Of a DNA stretch of 38,194 bases, positions 1 through 9,524 are shown one piece after another. Below the pieces are notes generated by a model, which saw nothing but the letters and a program-made list of their open reading frames with translations, ran no database searches and was not told the origin of the DNA. Numbering within the stretch: position 1 is the first letter of the stretch; every line of letters starts with the position of its first letter. Origin of the DNA: a virus (lineage: Duplodnaviria > Caudoviricetes); IMG/VR virus record IMGVR_UViG_3300027804_000013, positions 1-38,194 of that record. One strand, written 5' to 3'. The translations under genes and the position numbers were made by a program.

Positions 1-127
1 AGCCAAGAAATCTATTGAAGAGATCGAGGACGACGTATTTGGTTTCTTGTTGAAGAGAGCCGACGAAACTCGTTCCAACATCGACGAACAGCGGACATTC
101 ACAAGCAGGTTCAATAGGCTGTCTGAG
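1..127. repeat. Terminal direct repeat copy 1 (circular assembly overlap)
   Basis: nt 1-127 are identical to nt 38068-38194. The repeat lies inside a CDS, and 127 is a typical assembler k-mer size. Confidence 0.95.
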
Positions 128-3100
128 GCCCAACGGCGCTCTCAAGAAAAAGCCGTTTCGCTTCGTGCCGAACTCAAGAACATTGAAGATGGTCGTCTAA
201 GGCGTCAAGCGCAACAGGGAATCATTGAGGCACAGCGGTTGAGTGAAGCCGAGCGTTTGGCACGTGGTGGAACTCGTCAGGAAATAGTGTTCGGAGAGTA
301 TTCTCGTCCTGCTGATCAGAAGTTGTGGGATGAGATAACCGAGAAGGTGAAGGCTGGTCGTACTGGTGGCTCTCGTGGCAAGATGACCCCCGAGAAGGAG
401 TCGTTGGTTGCTCAACGCTATGAGGCTGCTGGTGGCGATTGGACTGGGGTCGAGAGTGTCGGCGTAATCGGTCAGGCGTGGTGGAAGGAAGCGAATCGTT
501 CTGCTCCTATTTCTGCCACCAAGGTTGTCGACATGATGAACCCAGACACCTTGGTGTCGACTATTTATCGTGGTGTTCGTGATGAGGCATCGCTCGCAGA
601 ACTTCGTACTGCGGCGATGGCTGTTCTTGCCATCAATGATGATGTCATTCTGTCTCCCGCTGTGTCGAATGAGTTGAAGTCGATCTTGGCTGAGGCTGCT
701 GATGCGGATGACTTCTATCAGAAGTTGTCTCGTGCGACGACAGACAAGTTTGGTCGTATGCGTCTTGAGGCGATAGTCGATAATTACGATCGTGTTGAGT
801 CGAAGATTACTGATTCGATTTATGAGTTTGCTGCGGCAGCGAAACTTCGTGCTCAGATCTTTAGCAATGATGCGTTTGATCCGACGATGATGGTTCCTCG
901 GAACTTGTTGAACTCTTTGTTGGAGAAGCCCGAGTATCAGGCGTTGAGCAAGTATTTCACTACGGGTGATTCGATCGAAGATATCGCTGGCATGAGGCAG
1001 GCGTTTGATGCGGCTGGCATGGATGCTGCGACTATTACCGATGTCGGTGCGACCATGTCGATCCGTGAGGGTAGCGCAGCCACTAAGGCTGGCGTTCTTA
1101 GTGGTGGAGAGTCGTTCGATCAGTCGTTGAGCGGTGTTGTCGTCGGTGGCGACGACATGACGTTTGGTGACTTTGCTGCTGCTCTTGGCACGATCATCAA
1201 CGATGCTCAGGGACGTGAGTTCGATGTTGCTATTCCTGTGTATGGCAAGTTTGGTGTAGAGGCTGGTTCCGAGACTGTCAAGGTCATCAAGATGGAAGAC
1301 ATCTTCGAAACCTACACCGCTATGGGCGACAAGTTGGCTCGTGGTGAGATGACGTTGGATGAGGTGTCGCAGTTCGTTGAGGATGCTGTGACTGGTAAGG
1401 GCGCCGCCAAGGTTACTGCGACTGGTGAGCCAGCACCTAAGTTCCTGACTGCTGATGCAATCAGCAAACTGCAGCCCGTGCAGGATCTGCGTGGCATGAA
1501 CAAGCGTGTCGCTTCGCTGACACGATTGTTGAAGTCCCGCAATGTTGACGAACGCATGATCAAGTGGTTGTCTGACGCAGGCGATGCTAAGCCGTATGCG
1601 TCCATGAACCGTGATCTTGATGCGGTGCAGAAGGTTGTTCAGGATCGTCTTGCCGCCATTACAAAGCGTTTGCGAAATATCCCTGAAGCAGAGTGGTCTG
1701 ACGTTGATCGTCTGGCGCTTGACAACCTGACGGCTGCTTCACGCCAGATCGATGACGCTAGTCGATCGATCAGGGGTGAGATCCCTTTTAGGCCGAGCAA
1801 GAAGCAACGTTTCGAAGGCGTTGCTCGCATGGATGCTCGTGTCATTGAGGATGATTCTCTGCGTGCGCAGATGGACGAAGTGCGTGAGCAACTGTACGAA
1901 CGGTACGGTATCGATCGTCGAGGAACGTTTGCGAGTATTGCTGATAGCGGTGTGATGGGCGCTATCGCTGATGTGGGTGCGGGACGTGGCGGCAGGAAGG
2001 GTGTTGCTACTGCCAAGCAGACTGCGAAGCAGCGTATTGTGCGTGCTGGTCAGGAAGAGATTCGTGCCCGTCTGTCGAATGCTTTGATGGAGGGATGGTT
2101 TAGGTCGGAGGTGCAGACACGTTTCGCTCGCCTGTCTGACACCCTGTTCAAGGAGGGGTTGATCCCCGATATGGACTTGTTCCGTAAGGTTGTGAACATG
2201 GTCGCCACGCAGCACGGTGACGTGCTGGAGGCTGACGTTCTTGTTTACGGGATAGCAAAGCGCAAGTTGCAAGGTCTGATCGAGCGTGTTGATGGTTGGA
2301 GCGGTGATGCCGCAGACTTGTACATTCTGATTGATGACGCTTTGTCGGAGACTGTTGGCGACGACATTGCGGAGTGGACGCAGTTGGTGTCGAAGACCAA
2401 CGGTCGTGATGATGTTTCGAACTTGTACCGTGAGTTTCTGCGTCTTGGTTCCGAAGAGGGCAACACGGGTATCCCGAAGCGTAAGCGTGTTATTGCTTCG
2501 GAGTTGCGTCGTAAGGATTTGACTGTTGAGCAGCGTGGTGCGTTGGAGGCGGAGTTGGCTGCGTTGCCTGATGCTGCTGCTTTGAAGCGTCAGAAGGTGA
2601 ACGCTCAGAAGCGTTTGCGTGAGTGGTATCAGAAGAATGTCGATGCCGCTAATGAGTCTGCTTCTTATCAGGAGATCGGTTCCGCTCTTCGTCAGTTGAC
2701 GAAGGTCAAGGGTGCTGGCGGGCGTATCGCTGAGGATGCTTCTGCTCGTGAGATGATCACGTGGTTGAAGTCTTCGCTTGATCGTTTGGAGACTGCTGCT
2801 CGTAAGCAGCGTGCGTCAACGAGATGGTTGACGCAGGCTGCAGATCCGTTTGTTGATCCTGAGAAGATGGTTATTGGTGGTCGGACGATCGGTCAGGATC
2901 TTCCGTCGATGTATTCGGCAAGCATGCGAAATCTTGCTGATGAGTATCAGAGAACAATCGATGCTGTTATGAAGCAAAGCGATATTGCGGCTCGGGCTGA
3001 GGCTCGAGCGGCGCAGGCTGAGGTTCCGTTGAAGATGTTGACGGGCAAGCGTGAGGCTTTGTTGTCTCGTGGCGGCACTTCTCGCATTGCTCCGTTTGTT

Positions 3101-6100
3101 GAGTCGCCTGAGGAGTCCGCCGCTCTTGTCGAGGCTCGTCGTGCGCATCGACGTCTGATGGATTTGACGGACAGTATCGAGTATTTGGGTGCTGTTGAGC
3201 GTGAGGATTTGCATCGTCTGATCAAGATCTTCTTGCCGTATGAGATTACGGGTGATGTTGACTTTGCGATTACGTCTAGTGCTCGTGGAGTAAAGAGTGC
3301 TTTGGAACTAGAGGGAGAGGTGTTCTCTCGTGTTGTGAAGAAGAAGGCTGGCAAAGAAGACTTTGTTGTGTACGAAAGTATTACTGATCCGTCGAAGATT
3401 GTTGAGGGGCAGAGATATTATCGTCGCAATCCGAATGCGCTTCGTCCGACACTTGGCGACAACGTGCCGCAGGCACGTCGTGCTGATGACGGGTTCACTC
3501 TGATTGAATCCACAAAGAAAGATTTGCGGATGCAAACTTATCTTGGTGCTGGCCCGATTCGTGAGAGCGCCGACATGGAGAAGTTCTCGATTACTCCATA
3601 CGAGTTCGAGGCTTTGTTCGCCCCCGACATGACGAAGTTTGCTTCTGCTCGACAGTCTGAACGTATTGCGATTGATAAAGAGATCTACGAGATTGAACGT
3701 GAACTGGTAAAGCGTGATCCTCAGGATGCAATTACGCAGAAGACGGTTGATCGCCTATGGGAACTTACAAACGAGTACAAGTTGTTTGAGAGATACAGAA
3801 GTGGTCAACTTCCCGACAACGAAGTTCCCAGTCGTTTCATCAAGATGACTGGGGATGAGTTGAATAATTATGCGAAGAAGATTGTGGACGAGTATGTGGA
3901 CATACGCAAACGTGGCCCGATTCAGAACGAACGTGCCAACAAAATCATGCAGTTGCGTAATCAACTCAAAGAATTGCAGGAACGCCGTGCAAAGTTGGGT
4001 TTCAAGTTTGTAACAAAGGAAAAGGAAACTCAGGCTGTTGCTCTTCAGAAATTGCACGGCTTGCTGCAAAGCATCAAGCGTGGAGATATCACTTTCGAAG
4101 AGTTGGAAAGCGGTTTGCGTATGAAGGCCGCTTCTGTTGCCGACCAGAACTTCAATCGCATTACGAACACTCGTAAGTGGGGTGAACGTAAGAAGTTCAT
4201 CGATGGCGCATGGGAAACGTCTACCGAGAAGAAGTACCTTGACAAGGTTCGTGAACTTGAGGCTTCTGTCGAAGCGCAACGGTTCCGTGCTGCTCTTGGG
4301 AATACTGAAGAGGCTTTGGGTTGGGTGCGTGAGATGCGCTCTAAGGCTGACGTACAAACGACTAGGCTTCGTCGTGGTCAGCAAATCGAAGCGATGGCTG
4401 CGGCTGCTGTTGTCACTCCTTCTGGCCCGTTCCCCGAGAATGTTCGTGCTGGCATCCTGAATCGTCTTGATGTGGCACTCAAGGGTCAGTACAACTCGGT
4501 GTTGAGGTTCGAACAGTTGACTGCTCAGGGTGAGACAGCAATTGGTGCGATGGACACGATCCTCGATGAGGTTCGTGCCCTTCGCCCTGAGGGTGAACGG
4601 TTCTTGCGTGCTGCTGGTGGCGACGACATCGACGTGGCGACTAAGGCTGTCCGTGATGCTGTTGAGCGTGCACGTGAGATCGAGTCTGCTAAGGCTACGG
4701 TTGGTTTCTTCTCGTCTGCTATCGACACGATCGATGATCTGTACTGGCGTGGTACGGAGCGTGCTGATTCGATTGGTCAGCGTCTATTGTATGGTCAGCG
4801 TTATGCGGATCAGGTGAAGTCGACGTTGGATGAGGAGACTGCGAAGTGGGCCGATTCGCAGGCGTGGCTGATTGCTGGTGCTGAGGGCAAGGTTTCTGAG
4901 ACCGCTAGGAAGATCCATGATGCCGAGCGGGTGCTGCTTGCGGCAGCAACCGCTTATGATTCGGCTGCGACTTTGAAGATGGAGTTCGGCCCGTGGTATG
5001 CGTCGGTTGTTCCGATGTTGCGTCGACGGTTGGAGAAGGCTGAGGCGATTCTGGCACGTTCGAAGAATGTGTCTGAGTTGCCGATCGGTGATACGGCTGT
5101 TGCTCGTGCCGAGTATTTGAACTGGGTTGATGAGGCGACAGCGACGTTGGAGGATGCTGGGGCTGGCGATGATGTGTTGACTCGTCTGCGCACGGATTAC
5201 ATCAACTCGTCTCAGAAGTTGTTGAATGCTGAGATGAGTGTTGTCGATGCGCAGAATGTGCTCGACATGTTCAAGAGCGGCAAGTGGGGTGGCGAGGTTA
5301 TCAACGAAGTGTCTAAGGGTTGGACGCAGTTGACGAAGTTCGGCATGCCTTCGTATCAGGCTCGTAGTCAGGTCGCTGAGATCTTTGCGAACGTGAACCG
5401 TATGCGTGAGCCAGAGTTTGTGCGTGGCTTGAACCGTTTGATCGGTCGGTACACGGGCTTCTTCAAGGCGTATGCAACTGCTAGCCCAGGATTTGTGGTT
5501 CGTAACACGATGAGCAACACGTTCTCGTTGGTTGCTGCTGGTGCTGATCCTCGCTACTTGTATGAGGGTCTTGGCTACTATCAGGCGTGGCGTCAGGCTG
5601 TGCGTGGTACTGGTGAACTGGCGTTCTTCGAGTCGCTTCCTGCGGAGCGACGTGCGCTTGTTGAGAATGCTGTGCGTGCGATGGATGCTGCTGGTAGCGG
5701 TCGTGGGTCTGAGGCGATGAAGTTGTGGGCGCCGAAGCGCAAGTGGCTTTCGGAGAACAAGTGGATTCGTATTTGGCAGAATGCCAACGAGGTGACGGAG
5801 AACAGCGCACGGTTCATGTTGGCGTACGACTCTGTTCGTAAGGGTGCTTCCTTCGATCAGGCGACTGCGACTGTGAAACGCTTTTTGTTCGATTACGTCG
5901 ACGTCGGGCAGGCCGACGTGACGATGCGTGCCATCGTCCCGTTCTGGTATTGGATGAGCCGCAACCTTCCGTTGCAGATCGTCAACCGTTACGCCAACCC
6001 TCGTGCCTACAACATCTACAGGAATGCGATGCAGAACTTCGGCGCTGATGTCGAGGAGGACGAGAACGTTCCGTCGTGGCTGGTGCAGAGCGGTGGCATC

Positions 6101-6601
6101 AAGATTTCGGACAACTGGTTCTTCGCACCTGATCTTGGCTTCAACCGTGTGAATCAGCAGTTGAACGAGTTCAAAGATCCGAAGCGTCTACTGTCGTATG
6201 TGAACCCGATCTTGCGTGTGCCGTTCGAGACGATGGTGTCAGACAAGCGGTTCTACAACGATGTGCCGTTCACGAACCGTCCGCAACAGACTCTTGGTGG
6301 CCCTGCTGCTCCTGCTCTCGAGATGCTCGCTGGCCTGTTGGGCCAGCAGCGTGAACTTCCTGAGGGTGGTACTGGTGTGACGGATCGTTTCAACTATGCG
6401 TTGATGGGAATGGTTCCGCCGCTCGGTCAGGCCGAGCGTCTGATCCCTGCGACGGATCTGTACAAGGGTCGTCAGACTGGTTCGATCTTGTCGTATCTCG
6501 GTGTGCCGTTCCGTCAGGTGAGTCCTGAGATGCGTGACGCTGAGCGACGACGTCGAGTGTTGGAGCAGGAAGCATTGAGGGAGAGGGCGTCGGGAGGCTG
6601 A
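2..6601 (+). CDS. C-terminal part of a ~2,981-aa giant virion/ejection protein (large polyvalent protein-like); gene begins at 35723 and crosses the join
   Basis: In frame with the ORF from ATG 35723 (unit length 38067 is divisible by 3). Helical, Ala/Arg/Glu-rich. The C-terminal FFKAYATASPGFVVRN...FLFDY...VPFWYW motifs resemble large polyvalent/ejection proteins. Last structural gene of the operon. Confidence 0.8.
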   Translation, partial: AKKSIEEIEDDVFGFLLKRADETRSNIDEQRTFTSRFNRLSEAQRRSQEKAVSLRAELKNIEDGRLRRQAQQGIIEAQRLSEAERLARGGTRQEIVFGEYSRPADQKLWDEITEKVKAGRTGGSRGKMTPEKESLVAQRYEAAGGDWTGVESVGVIGQAWWKEANRSAPISATKVVDMMNPDTLVSTIYRGVRDEASLAELRTAAMAVLAINDDVILSPAVSNELKSILAEAADADDFYQKLSRATTDKFGRMRLEAIVDNYDRVESKITDSIYEFAAAAKLRAQIFSNDAFDPTMMVPRNLLNSLLEKPEYQALSKYFTTGDSIEDIAGMRQAFDAAGMDAATITDVGATMSIREGSAATKAGVLSGGESFDQSLSGVVVGGDDMTFGDFAAALGTIINDAQGREFDVAIPVYGKFGVEAGSETVKVIKMEDIFETYTAMGDKLARGEMTLDEVSQFVEDAVTGKGAAKVTATGEPAPKFLTADAISKLQPVQDLRGMNKRVASLTRLLKSRNVDERMIKWLSDAGDAKPYASMNRDLDAVQKVVQDRLAAITKRLRNIPEAEWSDVDRLALDNLTAASRQIDDASRSIRGEIPFRPSKKQRFEGVARMDARVIEDDSLRAQMDEVREQLYERYGIDRRGTFASIADSGVMGAIADVGAGRGGRKGVATAKQTAKQRIVRAGQEEIRARLSNALMEGWFRSEVQTRFARLSDTLFKEGLIPDMDLFRKVVNMVATQHGDVLEADVLVYGIAKRKLQGLIERVDGWSGDAADLYILIDDALSETVGDDIAEWTQLVSKTNGRDDVSNLYREFLRLGSEEGNTGIPKRKRVIASELRRKDLTVEQRGALEAELAALPDAAALKRQKVNAQKRLREWYQKNVDAANESASYQEIGSALRQLTKVKGAGGRIAEDASAREMITWLKSSLDRLETAARKQRASTRWLTQAADPFVDPEKMVIGGRTIGQDLPSMYSASMRNLADEYQRTIDAVMKQSDIAARAEARAAQAEVPLKMLTGKREALLSRGGTSRIAPFVESPEESAALVEARRAHRRLMDLTDSIEYLGAVEREDLHRLIKIFLPYEITGDVDFAITSSARGVKSALELEGEVFSRVVKKKAGKEDFVVYESITDPSKIVEGQRYYRRNPNALRPTLGDNVPQARRADDGFTLIESTKKDLRMQTYLGAGPIRESADMEKFSITPYEFEALFAPDMTKFASARQSERIAIDKEIYEIERELVKRDPQDAITQKTVDRLWELTNEYKLFERYRSGQLPDNEVPSRFIKMTGDELNNYAKKIVDEYVDIRKRGPIQNERANKIMQLRNQLKELQERRAKLGFKFVTKEKETQAVALQKLHGLLQSIKRGDITFEELESGLRMKAASVADQNFNRITNTRKWGERKKFIDGAWETSTEKKYLDKVRELEASVEAQRFRAALGNTEEALGWVREMRSKADVQTTRLRRGQQIEAMAAAAVVTPSGPFPENVRAGILNRLDVALKGQYNSVLRFEQLTAQGETAIGAMDTILDEVRALRPEGERFLRAAGGDDIDVATKAVRDAVERAREIESAKATVGFFSSAIDTIDDLYWRGTERADSIGQRLLYGQRYADQVKSTLDEETAKWADSQAWLIAGAEGKVSETARKIHDAERVLLAAATAYDSAATLKMEFGPWYASVVPMLRRRLEKAEAILARSKNVSELPIGDTAVARAEYLNWVDEATATLEDAGAGDDVLTRLRTDYINSSQKLLNAEMSVVDAQNVLDMFKSGKWGGEVINEVSKGWTQLTKFGMPSYQARSQVAEIFANVNRMREPEFVRGLNRLIGRYTGFFKAYATASPGFVVRNTMSNTFSLVAAGADPRYLYEGLGYYQAWRQAVRGTGELAFFESLPAERRALVENAVRAMDAAGSGRGSEAMKLWAPKRKWLSENKWIRIWQNANEVTENSARFMLAYDSVRKGASFDQATATVKRFLFDYVDVGQADVTMRAIVPFWYWMSRNLPLQIVNRYANPRAYNIYRNAMQNFGADVEEDENVPSWLVQSGGIKISDNWFFAPDLGFNRVNQQLNEFKDPKRLLSYVNPILRVPFETMVSDKRFYNDVPFTNRPQQTLGGPAAPALEMLAGLLGQQRELPEGGTGVTDRFNYALMGMVPPLGQAERLIPATDLYKGRQTGSILSYLGVPFRQVSPEMRDAERRRRVLEQEALRERASGG

Positions 6602-6602
6602 G

Positions 6603-7079
6603 ATGGCGAAGAAGCGTAAGTACACGGGCTTCGATCGTATTGCGAGCGGGTATTTGGCTGGCACCGAGAAGTTCAAGAACTGGGTTCTGTTTCTGCATGG
6701 TGGCAAACTGAAGAACTATGGTTCGTTTCAGGTTCGAAAGATCAGAGGCTCCGACAAGATGTCTGTGCATGCGACTGGTCGGGCGATCGATTTCGGGTAC
6801 GTCAACCGTGAGGATGGTTTGGCGTTTGCGGATTTCTGTGTGCGGAACGCTGAGGCGTTCGGCATCGAGGCGATCCACGATTACCGTTTCGGTTCGTGGG
6901 GTCGTGGCTGGTATTGCAATCGTGGTGATTGGACTGTCTACAAGAAGAAGAGCATTGGCAACGGCGGGAACTGGATTCATGTTGAACTCAGTCCCGCCGT
7001 CGCAAACGATGCTGCTTATGTTGATGCGGTGTTTGGCTGTCTGTTGAAGCCTGTTCAGCCGTCTTCGCCTTCGGCGTAG
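6603..7079 (+). CDS. Endolysin, Zn peptidase M15-like
   Basis: SVHATGRAIDF (SxHxxGxAxD) and WIHVE motifs; located at the end of the late operon. Confidence 0.8.
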   Translation: MAKKRKYTGFDRIASGYLAGTEKFKNWVLFLHGGKLKNYGSFQVRKIRGSDKMSVHATGRAIDFGYVNREDGLAFADFCVRNAEAFGIEAIHDYRFGSWGRGWYCNRGDWTVYKKKSIGNGGNWIHVELSPAVANDAAYVDAVFGCLLKPVQPSSPSA

Positions 7080-7318
7080 TCGCCTTCCATCGCTTCGACA
7101 AGCGAGGTGCCGAGGATGTGCAGGATTTGCCAGAGGAAGACGATGGAGTCTTCGTCTCCGTCAAGTCCGTCGTTGTAGGCGTCGATGAACTGCTCTGCCC
7201 CTTCGTGGGGGATGAGGATGTTCATGCTGTAGAAGGTTTGTGCGTCGAGTACGACTTTCTCTCCGAGGGCTTGCAGTTCTGCGATGTCGTTGGGGTCGAT
7301 GCCTTCGAGATCGCTCAT
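7055..7318 (-). CDS. Acidic hypothetical protein
   Basis: ATG overlaps the upstream stop, GGAG RBS; overlaps the endolysin 3' end convergently. Confidence 0.7.
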   Translation of the reverse strand: MSDLEGIDPNDIAELQALGEKVVLDAQTFYSMNILIPHEGAEQFIDAYNDGLDGDEDSIVFLWQILHILGTSLVEAMEGDYAEGEDG

Positions 7319-7578
7319 GTCCACTCCTGATCGAATCGGAGGATCGGGATGCACGGGTCGTCGTACTCATCGAACATCTCGTGTTCTTCTTGGGTGTAGT
7401 AGTCGTCGTGCATGGCGCAATGCTGGGTGACCCAGCCTTGCCTGAGGCCGTATGACAGCCACGAGTATTTGTCGATGCGCATCTCGTCAGACTCGGCTTC
7501 GGTGCGGATCATGCGGCTGAGTCCGATGATGAAGCCGATTGCTGCTGCGATGACGATCAGGGTTGAGATTGCTTCCAT
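7315..7578 (-). CDS. Small membrane-anchored hypothetical protein
   Basis: N-terminal hydrophobic helix; C-terminal C..H...D.C motif; AAGGAG RBS. Confidence 0.7.
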   Translation of the reverse strand: MEAISTLIVIAAAIGFIIGLSRMIRTEAESDEMRIDKYSWLSYGLRQGWVTQHCAMHDDYYTQEEHEMFDEYDDPCIPILRFDQEWT

Positions 7579-7730
7579 GCTTTGCTCCTTGCTTTGCTGA
7601 CTGCGGTGAGTGTCTTCTGACGTAGGTCGTGGATGTTGTGGATGTGGCTCTTCGGTAGCCCGTGGCGGGCTACCTCGATGATGAGTTCGGACAGCAGGGC
7701 GTCGAGTTGTTTGAGTTCATTCTCCCGCAA
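7557..7730 (-). CDS. Hypothetical protein (57 aa, MRENELKQLDALL...)
   Basis: TTG start after AAGGAG; fills the gap in the leftward operon; not in the ORF track. Confidence 0.55.
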   Translation of the reverse strand: MRENELKQLDALLSELIIEVARHGLPKSHIHNIHDLRQKTLTAVSKARSKAWKQSQP

Positions 7731-7887
7731 GGAACTGCTCCTTGAGTTTGTCTGCCATGTCTCCGATTTCCAAGATGGCTTCGGGGTACTTGTTGCCGAG
7801 CCAGATGGCTATGCCCATTGCGAGGGCGGCGACATCGACGAACTCGATGCTGTCGGTTTCGGGTGTGGTTTCGGGTGTGTCGCTCAT
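7717..7887 (-). CDS. Hypothetical protein
   Basis: ATGA overlap with the upstream gene; AAGGAG RBS. Confidence 0.65.
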   Translation of the reverse strand: MSDTPETTPETDSIEFVDVAALAMGIAIWLGNKYPEAILEIGDMADKLKEQFLAGE

Positions 7888-8657
7888 GCTGCTTGCTCCT
7901 TCAGGTTTAGTGGGAATGTGTTGTTCCACAGCATCAGTCCGATGACGCTGTAGCCGACGAGGTCACGCCACGTGTCGAGCAGAGACTCGTTGGTGGGGTC
8001 GAGACCTTCGGAGGTGAGTGTCTTGAGGCGTGCGATCTTGTCGCACATGCGTACGGCAACTCCTGTGAGTCCGAACAGCATGATGTTCTCATGCCCGTAG
8101 TCACGCTGCTTTCCGACGAGGAGGCGATGCATCACGTCGGCACGCCACGTGCCGTCGTGCTTCATCTGCGAGCAGGCGTGGTCACCGATGTCGGTGATCA
8201 GGGAGAGGGGAACCTCAAGTGAATCACGGACGCATTTGGCGAGACGCTGCTGCAAGCCGTGAAGCATGTCGATGCTTACGGGTGCTGCAGGGTTGAATGC
8301 GTCCATGTCGTTGACGATCGCTTCTGCTGCGTCGTCCCAGTTGGTGAACATGTTGTACCTCATGTTGATGGAGTAGTTGTTGTGGAGTATGCGCTCGAGA
8401 TGTGCGAGCGCTTTCTTGGTGAGTCTCCAAGCGTGAACCTTGGAGAACCCGAGCCGAGGCCCGAGTTCGCTGTACGGAATCCGCTCGTAGAAGATTGCTT
8501 CGATGATAGAGCGTTCTTCGGGGCTGAGACTCTGCACAGCATCGTACACCACGTCGATGTGTACATCGGATAGGTCGGGTTCGTCACCCAACTGGAGCAG
8601 CCAGTCGTTCTTGCTGAACTTCTGCTGCGATCGGAATCGGTCGAAGTCATAGTTCAC
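7884..8657 (-). CDS. Sigma-70 region 4-like HTH fused to DUF1599 (nucleotide modification associated domain 1)
   Basis: N-terminal LSPEERSIIEAIFYERIPYSELGPRLGFSKVHAWRLTKKALAHL (sigma4 pattern); C-terminal KQRDYG...VRMCDKIARL...ESLLDTWRDLVGYSVIGL (DUF1599 pattern). Confidence 0.75.
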   Translation of the reverse strand: MNYDFDRFRSQQKFSKNDWLLQLGDEPDLSDVHIDVVYDAVQSLSPEERSIIEAIFYERIPYSELGPRLGFSKVHAWRLTKKALAHLERILHNNYSINMRYNMFTNWDDAAEAIVNDMDAFNPAAPVSIDMLHGLQQRLAKCVRDSLEVPLSLITDIGDHACSQMKHDGTWRADVMHRLLVGKQRDYGHENIMLFGLTGVAVRMCDKIARLKTLTSEGLDPTNESLLDTWRDLVGYSVIGLMLWNNTFPLNLKEQAA

Positions 8658-9111
8658 AGCGGATCGGCTCCGAGGGGAAGTCGTCGATGTGCAAAGCGAA
8701 GTAGGGCTTCTTGTTGTCAGGAAACCGTGACACGTCGGCGTACTTGTGGCACGCCTTTGTCCAGTCCTGCAACGAAGATTCCCAGTAGCGCTTCTTCGAC
8801 GAGTCGTACACAAACAGGTTGACGGGGCCGATACACATCCACGTCGACAGCGAGGTCAACTTCTCGAACTTGATCTTGAGAAGTGAGTCGCCTCGTGAGG
8901 CGACACCCATGACTTCGTACAGCCCGTCAGGCAGCATGTAGTCGGGTGCGTAGCGGAGCGTGTCTGCCATCCCTCGTACGTCGAAGTCGGGTCGGTTCAG
9001 ACCGATGCGATGCGCTTCGGGATGAACGTTGGTGAACGCTCCCTCTGCGATGTCTCCCATCGTGCTGAAACGGTTGTTCCACTTCTTCTCGTTGAAGTTG
9101 GATGCGTTCAT
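8647..9111 (-). CDS. Putative PD-(D/E)XK-fold nuclease-like protein
   Basis: G..AE...YAPDY...YEV pattern; ATGA overlap with the RusA-like gene. Confidence 0.5.
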   Translation of the reverse strand: MNASNFNEKKWNNRFSTMGDIAEGAFTNVHPEAHRIGLNRPDFDVRGMADTLRYAPDYMLPDGLYEVMGVASRGDSLLKIKFEKLTSLSTWMCIGPVNLFVYDSSKKRYWESSLQDWTKACHKYADVSRFPDNKKPYFALHIDDFPSEPIRCEL

Positions 9112-9524
9112 ACTTTCACCGCCGTGATCTTGACGACCTGTGAGTCGTCCACCCATGCGACACCGTTCAGCCCGTCGAGGACGGTCTTCACGTAGTTGTC
9201 GAGGTCTCCTCGCAGACTGGACTTGTTGTCGAGATCGATGCGTTCGACGATGATGGCTGTGCCCTCTTTGTCGACGACGACATGGACTGCGACTTCGCCT
9301 TCGAACATGGGGCCATCCCATGCGGCAGCGATTGCCTTCTCTGCTTCGACCGTCTTGGACGGTGTGTACATGAACGTCTTCCCCGCCTTGGATGTGGCGG
9401 CTCGTGGACGTTCCTTCGGGTGCGGTCTTCCTTCTATGTAGACGGAATGTGACCGTACGCTCGAACCAGCAACTTCTCCAGTTCGATTCTCCCCGCTTCT
9501 CCTCGTGCTAGGTACTTTCCCCAT
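9108..9524 (-). CDS. rusA: RusA-family Holliday junction resolvase
   Basis: PHPKERPR and DLDNYVKTVLDGLNGVAWVDDSQV signature motifs; start codon uncertain. Confidence 0.88.
   Translation of the reverse strand: MGKVPSTRRSGENRTGEVAGSSVRSHSVYIEGRPHPKERPRAATSKAGKTFMYTPSKTVEAEKAIAAAWDGPMFEGEVAVHVVVDKEGTAIIVERIDLDNKSSLRGDLDNYVKTVLDGLNGVAWVDDSQVVKITAVKV

Noticed and set aside
1-127. Biological direct terminal repeat
   Set aside because: It is exactly 127 bp and lies inside a CDS, the typical signature of an assembly overlap
197-6980. Numerous antisense and alternate-frame ORFs in the track (also e.g. 13909-15045 +, 22058-22987 -, 28267-29364 -, 36533-37555 -)
   Set aside because: Shadow ORFs of high-GC coding strands, with no RBS or recognisable motifs, overlapping well-supported genes
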